Source: Octopus vulgaris
Lineage: Eukaryota
Length of the DNA stretch: 64,000 bases
Direction: 5' to 3'
NCBI GenBank assembly: GCA_951406725.2
Contig: OX597817.1
Span: 46,934,001-46,998,000 of the forward strand
In this document: positions 14,009 through 26,910 of the stretch, piece after piece
How the letters are laid out: each line of letters starts with the position of its first letter
How positions within the stretch are numbered: position 1 is the stretch's first letter
Notes under the pieces: model-generated
The model's database searches: none
Seen by the model: the letters and a program-made list of their open reading frames with translations, nothing else
Told to the model about the DNA's origin: nothing
Made by a program: the position numbers and the translations under genes

Positions 14009-14510
14009 AATATACGAAGCCCAGTACACCCATCATGACTACCAGTCTGATAAGGGTACACCAGGCACATGCATCACAACCATGTGTGCGCGACATGGTG
14101 ATCTCATGTCAAGATAAACAGCACATGACCTTGCAGGTGGGGCCCCGTTAGAATTTTCTTCAGATCGAGTAACCCATCCCACTCGAAAGGTCCCTGAATA
14201 AGAGTTGTTTAAGGATGTTGAACGAAACACCCATGTTTCCAGAGGTGAATTTTTCAAACCCCAAAGAATCCCTCTCAACACACGGCTATGATGCTCCCCC
14301 ACTACTTCTGCTCGTGATCAGAGATGCACATATCGTCAGCCACTAAGGGACATGCTCAACTGGTTAAGGCCAAATAACTGACAAGCAAATCTGTGGTATT
14401 GAGCAGAATATTTGCTGTAGGCCATCTTTTATACCAAGACAAAACAACGTACGATAACACTTCCAATCAATTAAGATCAACAGCCATGAGAGCCACTGCC
14501 TGGTACTGGA
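14009..14510 (-). mobile_element. Non-coding repeat family E
   Basis: Reverse complement of 14981-15396; its head also recurs at 15491-15549. Confidence 0.8.
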
Positions 14511-14639
14511 TTATTGTTGTTGTTGTTGTTATCGATTACTAATAACAGATACAACAGCAGCTGTAGCAGTAGCAACAACGACAACAACAACAACAATAAT
14601 AAACGTACATAATAGCAAACACCTTTTACCGCCATCTTT

Positions 14640-14975
<336 letters not shown>

Positions 14976-14980
14976 TAATT

Positions 14981-15439
14981 TGGACTACAGCAAATATTCT
15001 GCTCAATACCACAGATTTGCTTGTCAGTTATTTGGCCTTAACCAGTTGAGCATGTCCCTTAGTGGCTGACGATATGTGCATCTCTGATCACGAGCAGAAG
15101 TAGTGGGGGAGCATCATAGCCGTGTGTTGAGAGGGATTCTTTGGGGTTTGAATAATTCACCTCTGGAAACATGGGTGTTTCGTTCAACATCCTTAAACAA
15201 CTCTTATTCAGGGACCTTTCGAGTGGGATGGGTTACTCGACCTGAAGAAAATTCTAACGGGGCCCCACCTGCAAGGTCATGTGCTGTTTATCTTGACATG
15301 AGATCACCATGTCGCGCACACATGGTTGTGATGCATGTGCCTGGTGTACCCTTATCAGACGGGTAGTCTTGATGGGTATACTGGGCTTCGTATATTTTAC
15401 CCCAGTGTCACTTTGATGGCATGCACTGCTCTCTCACTC

Positions 15440-15490
<51 letters not shown>
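14981..15490 (+). mobile_element. Non-coding repeat family E with (AAT)n tail
   Basis: About 415 bp near-identical to the reverse complement of 14009-14424; ends ctctctcactc(aat)n. Confidence 0.8.
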
Positions 15491-15491
<1 letters not shown>

Positions 15492-16020
15492 GCCCTGATG
15501 CACTGTCAGGCACTGGCTCACGTGGCTTCTGATCTTAACTGATTCGAAGACAAAAAAGGTGTGTTTAATAATTGACATAAGTATTCCCTGTGATCACAAT
15601 ATAGCGGCGAAAGAATTTGACAAGATCAGTAAATATAAATACTTGCTAATAGAAATTGAAAATAAAGTGGCATCTCAAGGCGACTACAGTACCAGTGATT
15701 GTAGAATCTCTAGGAATAATTATAAAAAAAAGATACTGAAACCTATCTGAAAATGATACCAGGCTAACCATCCCTACAGAAAGTGCAAAAAATCGTATTA
15801 ACTGGAACGGCTCATATACTGAGAAGAGCATTATCGCTGTGAAAACAACATCCATTCATGAATTTATTTATTTATTAATTTTTAAATACATATTTTACCT
15901 GTGAATTTTGCGCGTGTAATCTGGGAATGCATACAATGAGCTTCTCTGTCCTAGGTGTACGGAAAACACTCGGCGAGAAACGGAAGAAAATTTGAAGAAA
16001 GAAGGGAAAAAAATAATAAT
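15491..16020 (+). mobile_element. R4/Dong-like REL-endonuclease fragment preceded by a family E head
   Basis: KVCLIIDISIPCDHNIAAKEFDKISKYKYLLIEIE (15556-15660), then a 3' UTR-like stretch. Confidence 0.8.
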
Positions 16021-16513
16021 AACGAGAAAGCAACCATACTATGGGATATGCCAATACACACAGATAAAGAAATTAAGGCCAATAGGCCAGATATAGTTAT
16101 CAGAGATCAAGAAGAAAAACATGATTTCTAATTGATGTATCAATACCAGCAGATGACAACGCTTCTCAAGAAGAAATGGTGAAACTTTCAAAATACAAAG
16201 ACCAGGAAATAGAGGTAACTTGAATGTGGAATCTAAAAACAGAAACAATTCCTATCATAGTAAGCACATTAGGTATGATAAAAAATATTCAGACAAATGC
16301 ATAACAAAAGCACCAGGACTTACAAATATATATAACATACAGAAAATTGCACTACTGGGCACTGCACACATCCTACGCAGAACACTTTCAATACAGTAAT
16401 CATAAGAGCATCACAGCAGAGCACAGCATATACCCAAGACACACAGAACTGCGCTTGGCTGTGCAGTGAAAGCACGTTATAAAAATAAAACTACTGAATA
16501 ATAATAATAATAA
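16021..16513 (+). mobile_element. R4/Dong-like 3' end (REL endonuclease, UTR, (TAA)n)
   Basis: LWDMPIHTDKEIKANRPDIVIRDQEE...LIDVSIPADDN; ends aaaactactg(aat)n. Confidence 0.85.
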
Positions 16514-16730
16514 TCCTTTCTATTATAGGCACAAGGCATGAAATTTGGCGGGAGGGGTATAGTAGATTAATTCTTCCCCGATGCTCGACTGGTGCTTTTT
16601 CAATTGACTCCTAAAATGTTGAGAGGTAGAGTTCACCTCTGCGGAATTTGAACTTGGAACATAAAGACGGACGAAATGTCCGTTAGCGATCCATCCGGGC
16701 GTGCTAATGGTTCTACCACCTCGCCGCCTT
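16513..16730 (-). mobile_element. SINE family B, alternative tail
   Basis: Family B head and core with the tail gccttgtgcctataatagaaagg. Confidence 0.7.
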
Positions 16731-16739
16731 CGCAATAGT

Positions 16740-16813
16740 ATTGTTTTTTATTGTTGTAATTGTTGTTGCTGCTGTTCTTCTTCTTGCTGTTATTGTTGTA
16801 GTTATTATTATTG

Positions 16814-16900
<87 letters not shown>

Positions 16901-17146
16901 TATGTTTGACTTTTGCTTTATATTTGTACAAGTTGGCTCCAAGTCTCACCCAGAGACCTCAAGAGACAACAGGTTGGAAGTTCATGTTGTTGTTATGCCT
17001 AGTGTGCCATATATTTGGGGGGGAGTTTTTGGTGTTGTACTAATGAATGTCTAAAAAATAAATATTTTAAAAACCGAAAATTATGTTTGTTTTAAACCTT
17101 GAGATTACATAGAAATGTTTGTTTTAAACCTTGAGATTACATAGAA

Positions 17147-17224
<78 letters not shown>

Positions 17225-17342
17225 GTTATTATTATTGTTATTATTATTATTATCATTAGTATTATTATTATTATTGTCATTAATAATAATAATAATAACA
17301 ACAACAACAACAACAATAATAATAATAATAATAATAATAATG

Positions 17343-17375
<33 letters not shown>

Positions 17376-17531
17376 GTTGTTATTATTATTATTATCATTA
17401 GTATTATTATTATTATTGTCATTAATAATAATAATAACAACAGCAACAACAATAATAATAATAATAATAATAATAATGATGATGGTGATGATGATGATGA
17501 TGATGATGATAACAACAACAACAACAACAAC

Positions 17532-17610
<79 letters not shown>

Positions 17611-17646
17611 GTAATAATAATAATAATAATAATAAGGATAATAATG

Positions 17647-17677
<31 letters not shown>

Positions 17678-17690
17678 TAATAATAATAAA
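16740..17690. repeat. Large compound (TTA/AAT/AAC/GAT)n tract with an embedded LINE-like 3' end (16900-17146, minus)
   Basis: Direct reading; homology to 14740-14852. Confidence 0.85.
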
Positions 17691-18341
17691 CTAACGGAGC
17701 GGAAACAAACTAACGGATCGTCAGACCGATTCAGTCTATATATAAACAAACTAACGAAGCGAAGCGTCTGAAAATGACGAAAAAAAAAACTGAAGGATAA
17801 CTGTTTCGGTAATACACTGATTTACTTGTGATCTTTACCTCATATAATTAATGTATTAGAAATGTTCGTAGTGACCGGCTCTAGAATACCACGTGTAAAC
17901 AAACGGAGGAAGTGCCAGACCGATTCATTCTAAGTATAAACAAACTGAGGAAGCGAAGCGTCAGAAAACGTCGAGAAGACTAAAGATAACTATGTAAGTA
18001 ATATTCTGATTTACTTTGAAATTTTATTGGACGTTACTTCGTATATAAGAAGATACGATTTTTGAAAGCCGAAATTAAAATATCAGAGATTGAAATAGAA
18101 ACAGAATAACGTTAAAGAAAGAATGCATAACGAAAAGTTAAATAAGAGATAAGAAACAAATATCGAAAATGAAAACATTGAGACTGTAAGCCATAAAGAT
18201 GGTCTTAATGCGTGCTTAACAAATGAAATAAAGAACAACAAACCGCTTAATCTTCGAAACATCTGCTAAATAATGACCAACAAAATCTGAACTGGAAGTT
18301 TACTAGACTACATGTATACATACATACATTCATATATATAC

Positions 18342-18399
<58 letters not shown>

Positions 18400-18484
18400 A
18401 TAAAACGGTAAGATAACAAAAGAAAGAAAGAGACCTCAATATTATGTAAATAGAGGAAATTGGATTTACAATTTCAATATCCAA

Positions 18485-18535
18485 CCGAAGAGATGGTGTT
18501 GTGGATTTCCACTTCGGCATCTGAAACTCAGAGTT
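18485..18535 (+). ncRNA. HHR-like motif with CCGAAGA core
   Basis: CCGAAGA GATG...gtgga-tt-tccac...CATC T GAAA CTC-a-GAG TT. Stem I poorly supported. Confidence 0.45.
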
Positions 18536-18769
18536 TTATCTTGACTACCGAGTAATGTAACATATTGTATAGATATATATATATATATATATATATAATA
18601 AATATTAGGGAATAAATCCAAATTTACAGGGAAAAAATCAGATTTAGGATTAAATCCAATTTTATAGTAAAATATTATATAATATTAATTAAAAATTTTT
18701 ATGTATTGATTAAGTCTTTCCTTGTTTGTTTTGCAAAATAGTGGTTTTGTCTCGAATTAATATTATATA

Positions 18770-19156
18770 TATATATATATAAAGCTGAAGTTGTCTGTGT
18801 GGCAGGTTTGGTAGCCTTCAACTAACACTATCTCCTCCGAGATCCTGCGGCCCAAGTTGACTAAAATTGAGAGTATGATAGAAGAAGGCTTGCTCTACAT
18901 TCCTTAGAAGATAAAATTCAAATGGGACCATGTTAAGACCAAAAATTATTTACATCAAAAAGGTGCTTTTCTTCTATGAAAGTCCTTATTTTTTACAATT
19001 TTTTGATAGCTGTGTCGCTATTTTTCGGTGTATTTCAACCAGAAAAAATGTTCACTTAAAGAGAATAACAAGCTACATAATGCAAAAGTTTTACTTTTCA
19101 AAAATTCCAATTCTAAAGGGTCGAAACAAGCCCGAGCAGCGCCGCGCGATACTGCT

Positions 19157-19158
<2 letters not shown>
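18770..19158 (+). mobile_element. Non-autonomous Helitron
   Basis: 3' end cccgagcagcgccgcgcgatactgCTGG|t matches the hairpin plus CTAG end at 60005-60032. Lies within (TA)n. Confidence 0.75.
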
Positions 19159-19240
<82 letters not shown>

Positions 19241-19242
<2 letters not shown>

Positions 19243-19735
19243 AATTTTTTGCGTAATGAGATAAAAACACCAAGGCTGTGTAGATATTAGAACATTTATA
19301 GATAGAAGGTCTTACAGCTGTTTCCAGGATATTTATTAATTATATCCCTTCATCGGAGACGGTATGAGAGGATGGTTAAGTCATAGTTAGTTTAGATGTG
19401 ATACAAAATAGAGAGTGAGATGGGGGAAAGAAAATGGATGCAAGATATGTATGGATATTGAAATTGTAAATCCATTTTTTAAGCAGAATGGTATATATGT
19501 AATATTCTAATACCCTATGAGAAAAGTCCAAAAGTTGAACAAAGTTTAATATGAGTCCTTCCAAATATAGAGTTTATACACAATGTAAGATTCCCTTATG
19601 AGTGAGATCCAGCAGTTTTTAAACTTGGTCATTCCAAGTAGAGAATTTATATACAGTGTTGCAGAGTCAAAGGTTTTTATTTAAAGTGACCTAAAAATAG
19701 GGAGAGCTTTGTAGGGTCAAATCGAAAACAGGAAA

Positions 19736-19740
<5 letters not shown>
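19241..19740 (-). mobile_element. Penelope-like 3' fragment
   Basis: Minus-strand LIRESYIVYKL (GIY-YIG C-terminus-like, ~19573-19605) upstream of an HHR-like motif; ends at (TA)n. Confidence 0.45.
19309..19360 (-). ncRNA. Minimal HHR with CCGAUGA core
   Basis: GTCT CCGATGA A GGGATAT-aattaataa-ATATCCT G GAAA CAGCTG TA AGAC. Stem I GTCT/AGAC, palindromic stem III, GUA site. Confidence 0.65.
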
Positions 19741-19786
<46 letters not shown>

Positions 19787-20902
19787 GTGTGTGTGTGTGT
19801 GTAAATTAAAAGGGGAAAATTAGGGGGATTCCAGGAAAGCTACTTCAACACATGGCAATCATGGACATGACAATAATCCAAGGTGGAAATAATTAAGGAA
19901 TTAAAGTCATTAGATCTCTCTATGGAGAATTGAAAGTACCTCCCAAAGATAAAACTTAATGATGAAATAGCAATAACATTAAAAAATCGCAAATCTGTTA
20001 ATCGCCGGTTTAATTAAAACAGGCAAGAACGGCAATATCATCCGGGTTTTTTTGGGGGGTCTTTATTTTTCTCTCTTTTTTTTTCTTGTTTCAGCCATTG
20101 TAGCCACTGTGGTTACGAAGGAGAGCGCTTATCCCCTCAGATCTAGTCATATAGGAATACCGAAACTAGGAAAACAACGTGGAAAACAAAGCGAAAATAT
20201 TGAAATCAAAGGATTATTCAATCCTTAATGAAGTCATTAACGATAAAATACAACTGAAAAGAAAGATAGAGAGACAAATTCTACAGAAACGTAACATAAT
20301 AAAAACAATTAGTACCCGAAATCAAAGAACGCTTGAAACAAGAGATCCACGAGCGCAATTTCGAAAATACTTGTCGGTGCGAAGAGTAACAATGATCCTT
20401 CGAATAAAACAAGAGTTCGATTCCAACCCAAAATGATTTTATCAAGATCGAACTATAAATTCTTTCTAATTTGGGGACAAGGACAGTACTTTTTAGGGGA
20501 GAGAGCAAGTCGGTTACATCGATCTTACAACTAAAAAAGTGACTTATTTTATCGATTCGAAAGATTGAAAGGCAAAATTAACCTCGGCAGCATTTGAACT
20601 CAGAACGTCGTGATATGAAAGAAATCTTGCATTTTTATCCGATGCGTTAACGATTTCGCCACCTTCAAAATTAATTATAAATATAAAAGAAATCATTATA
20701 GTAACAAGAAGAAAAACAGGATTCTTGAAGAATCATGGATTCTGAAGGAATTACAACAGAAGTGACTGGCGAAAACAATGAACGCCAAAACAATGAATAA
20801 TTGTGATAAGACCACAAAATAATTGTGGTCTTATTATACTAAGACTACAGTTATAATAAGACTAATAATTGTGGTCTTACAACTATACGATGTAATCCAG
20901 GT

Positions 20903-21138
20903 AAGGCGACTAGCTGGCAGAAACGTTAGCGTGCCGGGCGAAATGCTTAGAAGTATTTCGTCTGCCGCTACGTTCTGAGTTCAAATTCCGCCGAGGTCGA
21001 CTTTGCCTTTCATCCTTTTGAGGTCGATAAATTAAGTACCAGTTACGCACTGGGGTCGATATAATCGACTTAATCCTTTTGTCTGTCCTTGTTTGTCCAC
21101 TCTGTGTTTAACCCCTTCTGGGCAATAAAAAAAGTAAG
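20903..21138 (+). mobile_element. SINE family B, full length
   Basis: Head aaggcgactagctggcagaaacgttagc, B-box-like GAGTTCAAATTC, core ctttgcctttcatcctt..ggtcgataaattaagtacc, tail ccccttctgggcaataaa. Confidence 0.9.
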
Positions 21139-21598
21139 AAGTGATGTTCCAATGATTCATACGGCTGTAAAGACCAATTGCTGATCAACAATCCGAAAAT
21201 CAAAGACTACAAAAGTAAGTGTTTAAGCAGAGCATCAATCGACTACGAGAAAGCTTTTGTCAATATCTGTTGCTTGAAGATCTGGGAAATATTAACCTTG
21301 AGTGACGTTACATTAACAATAGGCAGATACATAAAACGTCACAAGAGTAAGCGAACCTGAAGATACAGACAGAAGAGAAAGCTATTAAAATCTACGCCAT
21401 TTTTAATGGAACAAAAATATTCACAAAGGTCTGCATCTCTCCATTCCTTTTCTTCTTCTTGCTAAATATGTTTAGCCAGCAGGTTCGTATTAGATGCAGA
21501 AGCTGTTGGAAGGCAATTTATTTTTGCATACGGACAACCACAAGATGTACGCTGCAGATGTTAAAAAACTAAAAACACTCTTACAATAAACAGCACAC

Positions 21599-22031
21599 GG
21601 ATCTTTTCGGTCTGAACGGCAGTTTTTCTAGCGGTGTCATGAAATTGTCACCCATAATTATGACCCTAGTATCGAGCTATTGCATTTCAATCTCTTTTAG
21701 GGTTAGGGTTAGTTAGGGTTAGGGTTAGGGTTGGGGAGAAGGGAATCTTTTTTTCTTCAGAAATGTAAATAAACTCAATCTGTTTCTTAAACAAGGGACA
21801 TATTCATACGGCACAGAATGTTTTTACCTCAATAGACGTCATTGATTGGCTGAAATTGCAGAAATTGAAGAAAAAACAACAACAAATATCTTACAAACTA
21901 TAGAATTTTGTCAATAAAGCCAAGAGAAAAAGATGTTTTTTAAACACATTCTACCAGTATACGAAGTTAAAAATTTTTTAGTTAAGTTGAAATTATTTTT
22001 AAAAAAACTGCCGTTCAAACCGAAAAGATCC
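21599..22031 (+). mobile_element. Non-autonomous TIR element (MITE-like) with internal TTAGGG repeats
   Basis: TIRs ggatcttttcggtctgaacggcagtttt and aaaactgccgttcaaaccgaaaagatcc; TTAGGG units at ~21697-21732. Confidence 0.85.
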
Positions 22032-22574
22032 AATAAATACATATGAGATCTGGATTAGAAAAATGCACCAATGTAACACCGAAAACAAGGAAATTAATTT
22101 TGGACAAATATATAGATATAAAGGATTTAGACTAAACAAAAACTTGCATTTACTTTGCATACAATGAACTAGATAGAGTTCGCCTACGAAAGTCACCATA
22201 AATGGTTGAAAAAGAAAACTACAGACACATTAATACTTCAAAATTAATGCTTCAGATGGAGTTAAATGCCCCCATATACAATAATAGGCATCAGAAGTCT
22301 ATTGTTGCGTCAGTAAGTTGTAATAAAGCAAGTAAGTAAAAACAATACAGAGACAAGACAAAAAGAAAATAATTTGTGAGGAGAAAGAACAAACAGAAGC
22401 AGAAGTAATGGGGAACTAAATATGAAGCTACAGAAGGCTATGTTAAACGACCAGAATAATAATACGAATAATATATACGGTTCTAAAAGGAATCCTCATT
22501 TCAGAAGATTAATTCTTTGTAAAAATTAACATTTATTAGAAGCAAATGTACTGGTTCGATTTTGAGAATAATGT

Positions 22575-23052
22575 TTGGTTGGTTGGTTGGTTGGTTGGTT
22601 GGTTGGTTGGTTGGTTGGTTGGTTGGTTGGTTGGTTGGTTGGTTGGTAGGCTGGTTGGCTGGTTGGCTGGTTCGTTGGTTGGTTGGTTCGTTCGTTGGTA
22701 GATTGGTTGGTTGGGTGGTTGGTTGGTTGGTTGGTTTGTTGGTTGGTTGGCTGTTTGTTTGTTTGGTTAGTAGGTTGGTTGGTTGGTTAGTTGGCTGGTT
22801 GGTTGGTTGGTTGGTTTGTTGGTTGGTTGGTCGGTCGGTCGGTTGGCTGGCAGGTTGGTAGGTTAGTAGGTTGGTTTGTTGGTTGGCTGGTTGGTTGGCT
22901 GGTTGTTTGTTTCGTTAGTTGGCTGGCTGGTTGGTTGGTTGGTTGGTTTGGTTGGTTGTTTGTTTGGTTAGTAGGTTGGTTGGCTGGCTGGTTGGTAGGT
23001 TGGTTGGTTGGTTGGTTGGTTGGTCAGCCTGTCAGTCGGTCGGTCGGTTGGT
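22575..23052. repeat. (GGTT)n degenerate tetranucleotide tract
   Basis: Direct reading. Confidence 0.95.
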
Positions 23053-23388
23053 TATGTGTTATCATCCCGTTACGTGCATTATACATAACACCTTGTACCT
23101 CTTGTCTTCTGCTGATTTTACTTCCCCAGAGTTTCATATCTGCTTGAAAAGTATTTCTCAGTATCATCATCATCATCATCACTATCATCATTATTGTTGT
23201 TTTCTTTTGTTTTCTTTTATGTTTTTTTTTTTTACATTTTCCCTTGAATATTTTTTCCGCGTATTTGTCGTTGCTGTGGTTCTCTTTTCTTTACTTTCCC
23301 AATATCAGTAAAAATCTTGTTAAAACGAAAGATGTGAGAAATGTTTTTGAATGTTTCTTTTCTCTCTCTCTCCCTCTCTCTCTCTCTC

Positions 23389-23444
<56 letters not shown>

Positions 23445-23563
23445 GTAAGTTAAAAATAAAAAATGGAATTAACATTGCATATCAAAAATTGATTAAAAAT
23501 CCGTGTCAAATTCCATTCCGGTTGCATCGAAGCAAACCGTTATTTATGCTTCCTTTATTATAA

Positions 23564-23624
<61 letters not shown>

Positions 23625-23862
23625 TACTATTTCTATTATTATTATTTATTAATTTATTTATCATTACTATTATTATTATTTACTATTATTATTATTATTA
23701 TTATTATTTATTTATTATTATTATTATTATTTATTGTTATTCTTATCATCATAATCATCATCATCCTTATTATTATCATCACTATCGTTATTATTATTAT
23801 TATTAGTAGTGGTGGTGGTGGCAGTGGTGGTGGTGATGGTGGTGGTGGTGGTAGTGGTGGTG

Positions 23863-23914
<52 letters not shown>

Positions 23915-24434
23915 AGTATATTTCTTATATAGTTTTTTTCCCTTTGTCTTATTGTCTTCACATTTTGCCTCGCCTCGTTGTCTGATCGTTCACTGGCGTT
24001 TTGCTCAATCGATTCTACAACATACTAAACCAACAGTCAGACTTCTATACTCAACCACATACTTCCCTACCCACCCACCTACCAACCAACCAACCAACCA
24101 ACAAATCTACCTAATCAACCCTGCTAATCTACTCTGTGTACATGTCTACATATCAATATGCTTCTTTCCGTCGCTAAACGTTTGCTACGAGACAAACGTT
24201 TTAGTTGTTTCTAAGCTGATAAGAAATCTTAAATTTCCTCTTTTTTGCTTCGCTACCAACTTGTGTTTCTCTCTCATCAGGACTTTGCCCATTTCAATAA
24301 TTCTCCCATATTAATGGGTATATTAGTATACTCTCAAATAGTAATGTCTAACAAAAGCATTTAAACACGTATCGCATCTTTGGTCTTCGAATAATGGCGC
24401 AGGTAATTATATTTCCAAATGTATTTTAGCAGTA

Positions 24435-24835
24435 TTCTTTTATTCATTTATTCTTTTACTTGTTTCAGTTATTTGACTGCGGCCATGCTGGAGCACCGCC
24501 TTTAGTCGAACAAATAGACCCGCAAGTATTATTCTTTGTAAGCCCAGTACTTATTCTATCAGTTTGTTTAGCCGAACCACTAAGTTACGAGGACGTAAAC
24601 ACACCAGCATCGGTTTCAAGCGATGGTGGTGAGACAAAAACAGACACACACAAACATATATATACATATATATATATATAACGGGCTTCTTTTAGTTTCC
24701 GTCTACCAAATTCACTCACAAGGCTTTGGTCGGCCCGAGGCTGTATTAGAAGACACTTGCCCCAGGTGTCACACAGTGGGATTGAACCCGGGACCATGTG
24801 GTCGGTAAGCAACCTTCTTACCACACAACCACTTC
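24435..24835 (-). mobile_element. SINE family A
   Basis: Family A sequence on the minus strand. Confidence 0.9.
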
Positions 24836-24850
24836 TGAAAAGATAGGAAG

Positions 24851-25175
24851 TACAGGTTATTCAAAAAGTCTCTCCACAGAAAATATTCTAGTGCAAAATA
24901 AATATTTATAAGATGGTATAAGACTACAGAAGAATATATATGACTTTATAAGACTTAAAAACTTTATAAAAGGTGTTGAAAGTGTCGTCCTTCATTTTCA
25001 ATACATAAGTTGACTCTTCTACACATGTTTTGAAATACAGCTTGGAGAATCTGACGCGAAAAAGTCTGGCGGCGTTAAATCAGGTGAACTTGGTGGCCAA
25101 AGCCCCTTCGAAATAATCCGTTCACCGAAAACATGAAAAAAATTCACTGCGGAGAGACTTCTTGAACACCCTCTA
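24851..25175 (-). mobile_element. Internally deleted Tc1/mariner-superfamily element (WPPRSPDL type)
   Basis: TA-flanked TIRs tacaggttattcaaaaagtctctccacag and, reverse-complemented, tagagggtgttcaagaagtctctccgcag. Minus strand gives FGERIISKGLWPPSSPDLTPPDFF then ILQAVFQNMCRRVNLCIENEGRHFQHLL*. Confidence 0.85.
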
Positions 25176-25605
25176 TAATGAAATAAGACCTATTTATTTT
25201 TTAAAAAATAAGGAAGAGTTTAAGAATATGGATGACGTTTAAAAGAATTACAGTAGAACAGTTCTTGATTATGATAACTTTATTAAGGAATATTTTATTC
25301 ACTCGATTTATTTACAAACAACTACTATTCATCTACATATGTGTATGCATAGGCGTATATATATCGTTGTTATTATGCAAAAGTGTTGTAAGACCAAAAC
25401 GTTGTTTATTCAGGAAAGCTGAAAAATAGTTTCACCATTCCATAGCAAAACCGTTGAATTTTTACGTAACTTCGAAATGGGTAAGAGTGTGTAAGAGTGT
25501 GTAACCTTGTTATTATTCCTGATTGTACACTGTCCACCTTTTTGTTCACTATACCTGCTACGAACTGCTCGATACTTACAAGCTTCCTACACTTGTATCC
25601 TTGGA

Positions 25606-25665
<60 letters not shown>

Positions 25666-26679
25666 TTATAATAAAAGCAATATATATATAGTGTTTTATA
25701 TATATAATGTCTTAGTTCATATAATGCCTATTTCACAATTAGTTCTAAGTTTATTTACCTGTTAAAGTGTTTTCTATATTATCAGTTTATAGGGGGAAGC
25801 GTTTACTGAAAGCGTCAAGAAGTTGGGTTTTTTTCCCATATGTTGGACTTGTTTCCCTTATCGCACAAACATTCGGAACTTGACCTCCTCCTCTCCCCTT
25901 CCTTTTGAATAAAGCACAAGATCACGTCTGAAGATTGACCACGTCATCCTTTTAAATTTGAAACTCAAATTAGTGATAGCCTAGCTTTAAGCACAAAACT
26001 TTGAGAGATACTCGTGTAAGCTGTTGGTTATCCAAGACATCTTCCTATGCTGCTTTCGTGTCTTCCGTGGGTATCATTCTCATCTTAACCGTAACATGCA
26101 TTTTCACGCTATCTGATGCCTTATCTCAAAGCAAAATAACAAGAAGTTTGAACATAAAAGAGGAAAATATTTTGTTTATGCCATCGTTGGTTTGTTTTTT
26201 CCTGCTCGGCTTGTCATTTATCTTAACACTCTTTTGGCGAAGTAGCCGAAGCGTTTTAATTTCCCATTCTCTTCTTTGTATTTACCCTCTGTATATCATT
26301 GTAACAATTGTGTATAGTACCATCATGCATTCTACTTTACGCTGTATTGAATGCTCTTATTTTTGTTCACATCAGCAGCACGGTCACTCTTTCATTCTCT
26401 TCCTACGTCGACATTAGGGTACATATAAAACTGTAATTTTGTCAGGAAGGTATGCTGCCCTTAAAACATACTCATTGGTTGTATTTCACTTCAGGTTTAT
26501 TGTCGATTAATTTGATAATTAATTAAATAATTAGTAAATAAATAAATAGATTGATTAATTAATTTGTTAAACTCCTTTCGCCACAGCCTATGAACTTTTA
26601 AAAGCCGACATGTCTGTTCTTTATTTATTGTCATATGACCAGAGATTAATTTTGCTTTACTGTTTACATATATATCGTA

Positions 26680-26910
26680 TTTGTTTGTTCCTTCTCGAGC
26701 CATGCCTGGCTCATAAGGGCCGGTTTCCCGGTTTCTTTGACGTATAGGTTCCTCACCTGGACGGGACACCGGTCCGTCACAGGTGAGATGCAAGATGCAG
26801 GAGGAAAGAGTAAGAGAAAGTTGTGGCGAAAGAGTCAGCAGAAGTTCGCCATTACCTTCTGCCGGAGCTGCGTGGAGCTTAGGTGTTTCGCTCATAAACA
26901 CACACATCGC
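26680..26910 (-). mobile_element. SINE family C (tail variant 2), 5' truncated
   Basis: Reverse complement of 32773-32990. Confidence 0.85.

Larger units (their letters stand above)
19830..22550 (+). mobile_element. Decayed R4/Dong-like LINE interrupted by SINEs and a TIR element
   Basis: SYGCKDQLLINN...LSRASIDYEKAF (21157-21260) and LHTDNHKMYA (decayed YMDDLKLYA, ~21524). Outer limits uncertain. Confidence 0.65.

Noticed and set aside
17690-18020. Short repeated units aaacaaactaacg and gaagcgaagcgtc suggesting a CRISPR-like array
   Set aside because: An irregular, diverged tandem duplication in eukaryotic repeat DNA, with no constant repeat-spacer period.
21697-21732. TTAGGG as a telomere or fusion relic
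   Set aside because: Only a few units, internal to a dispersed TIR element.
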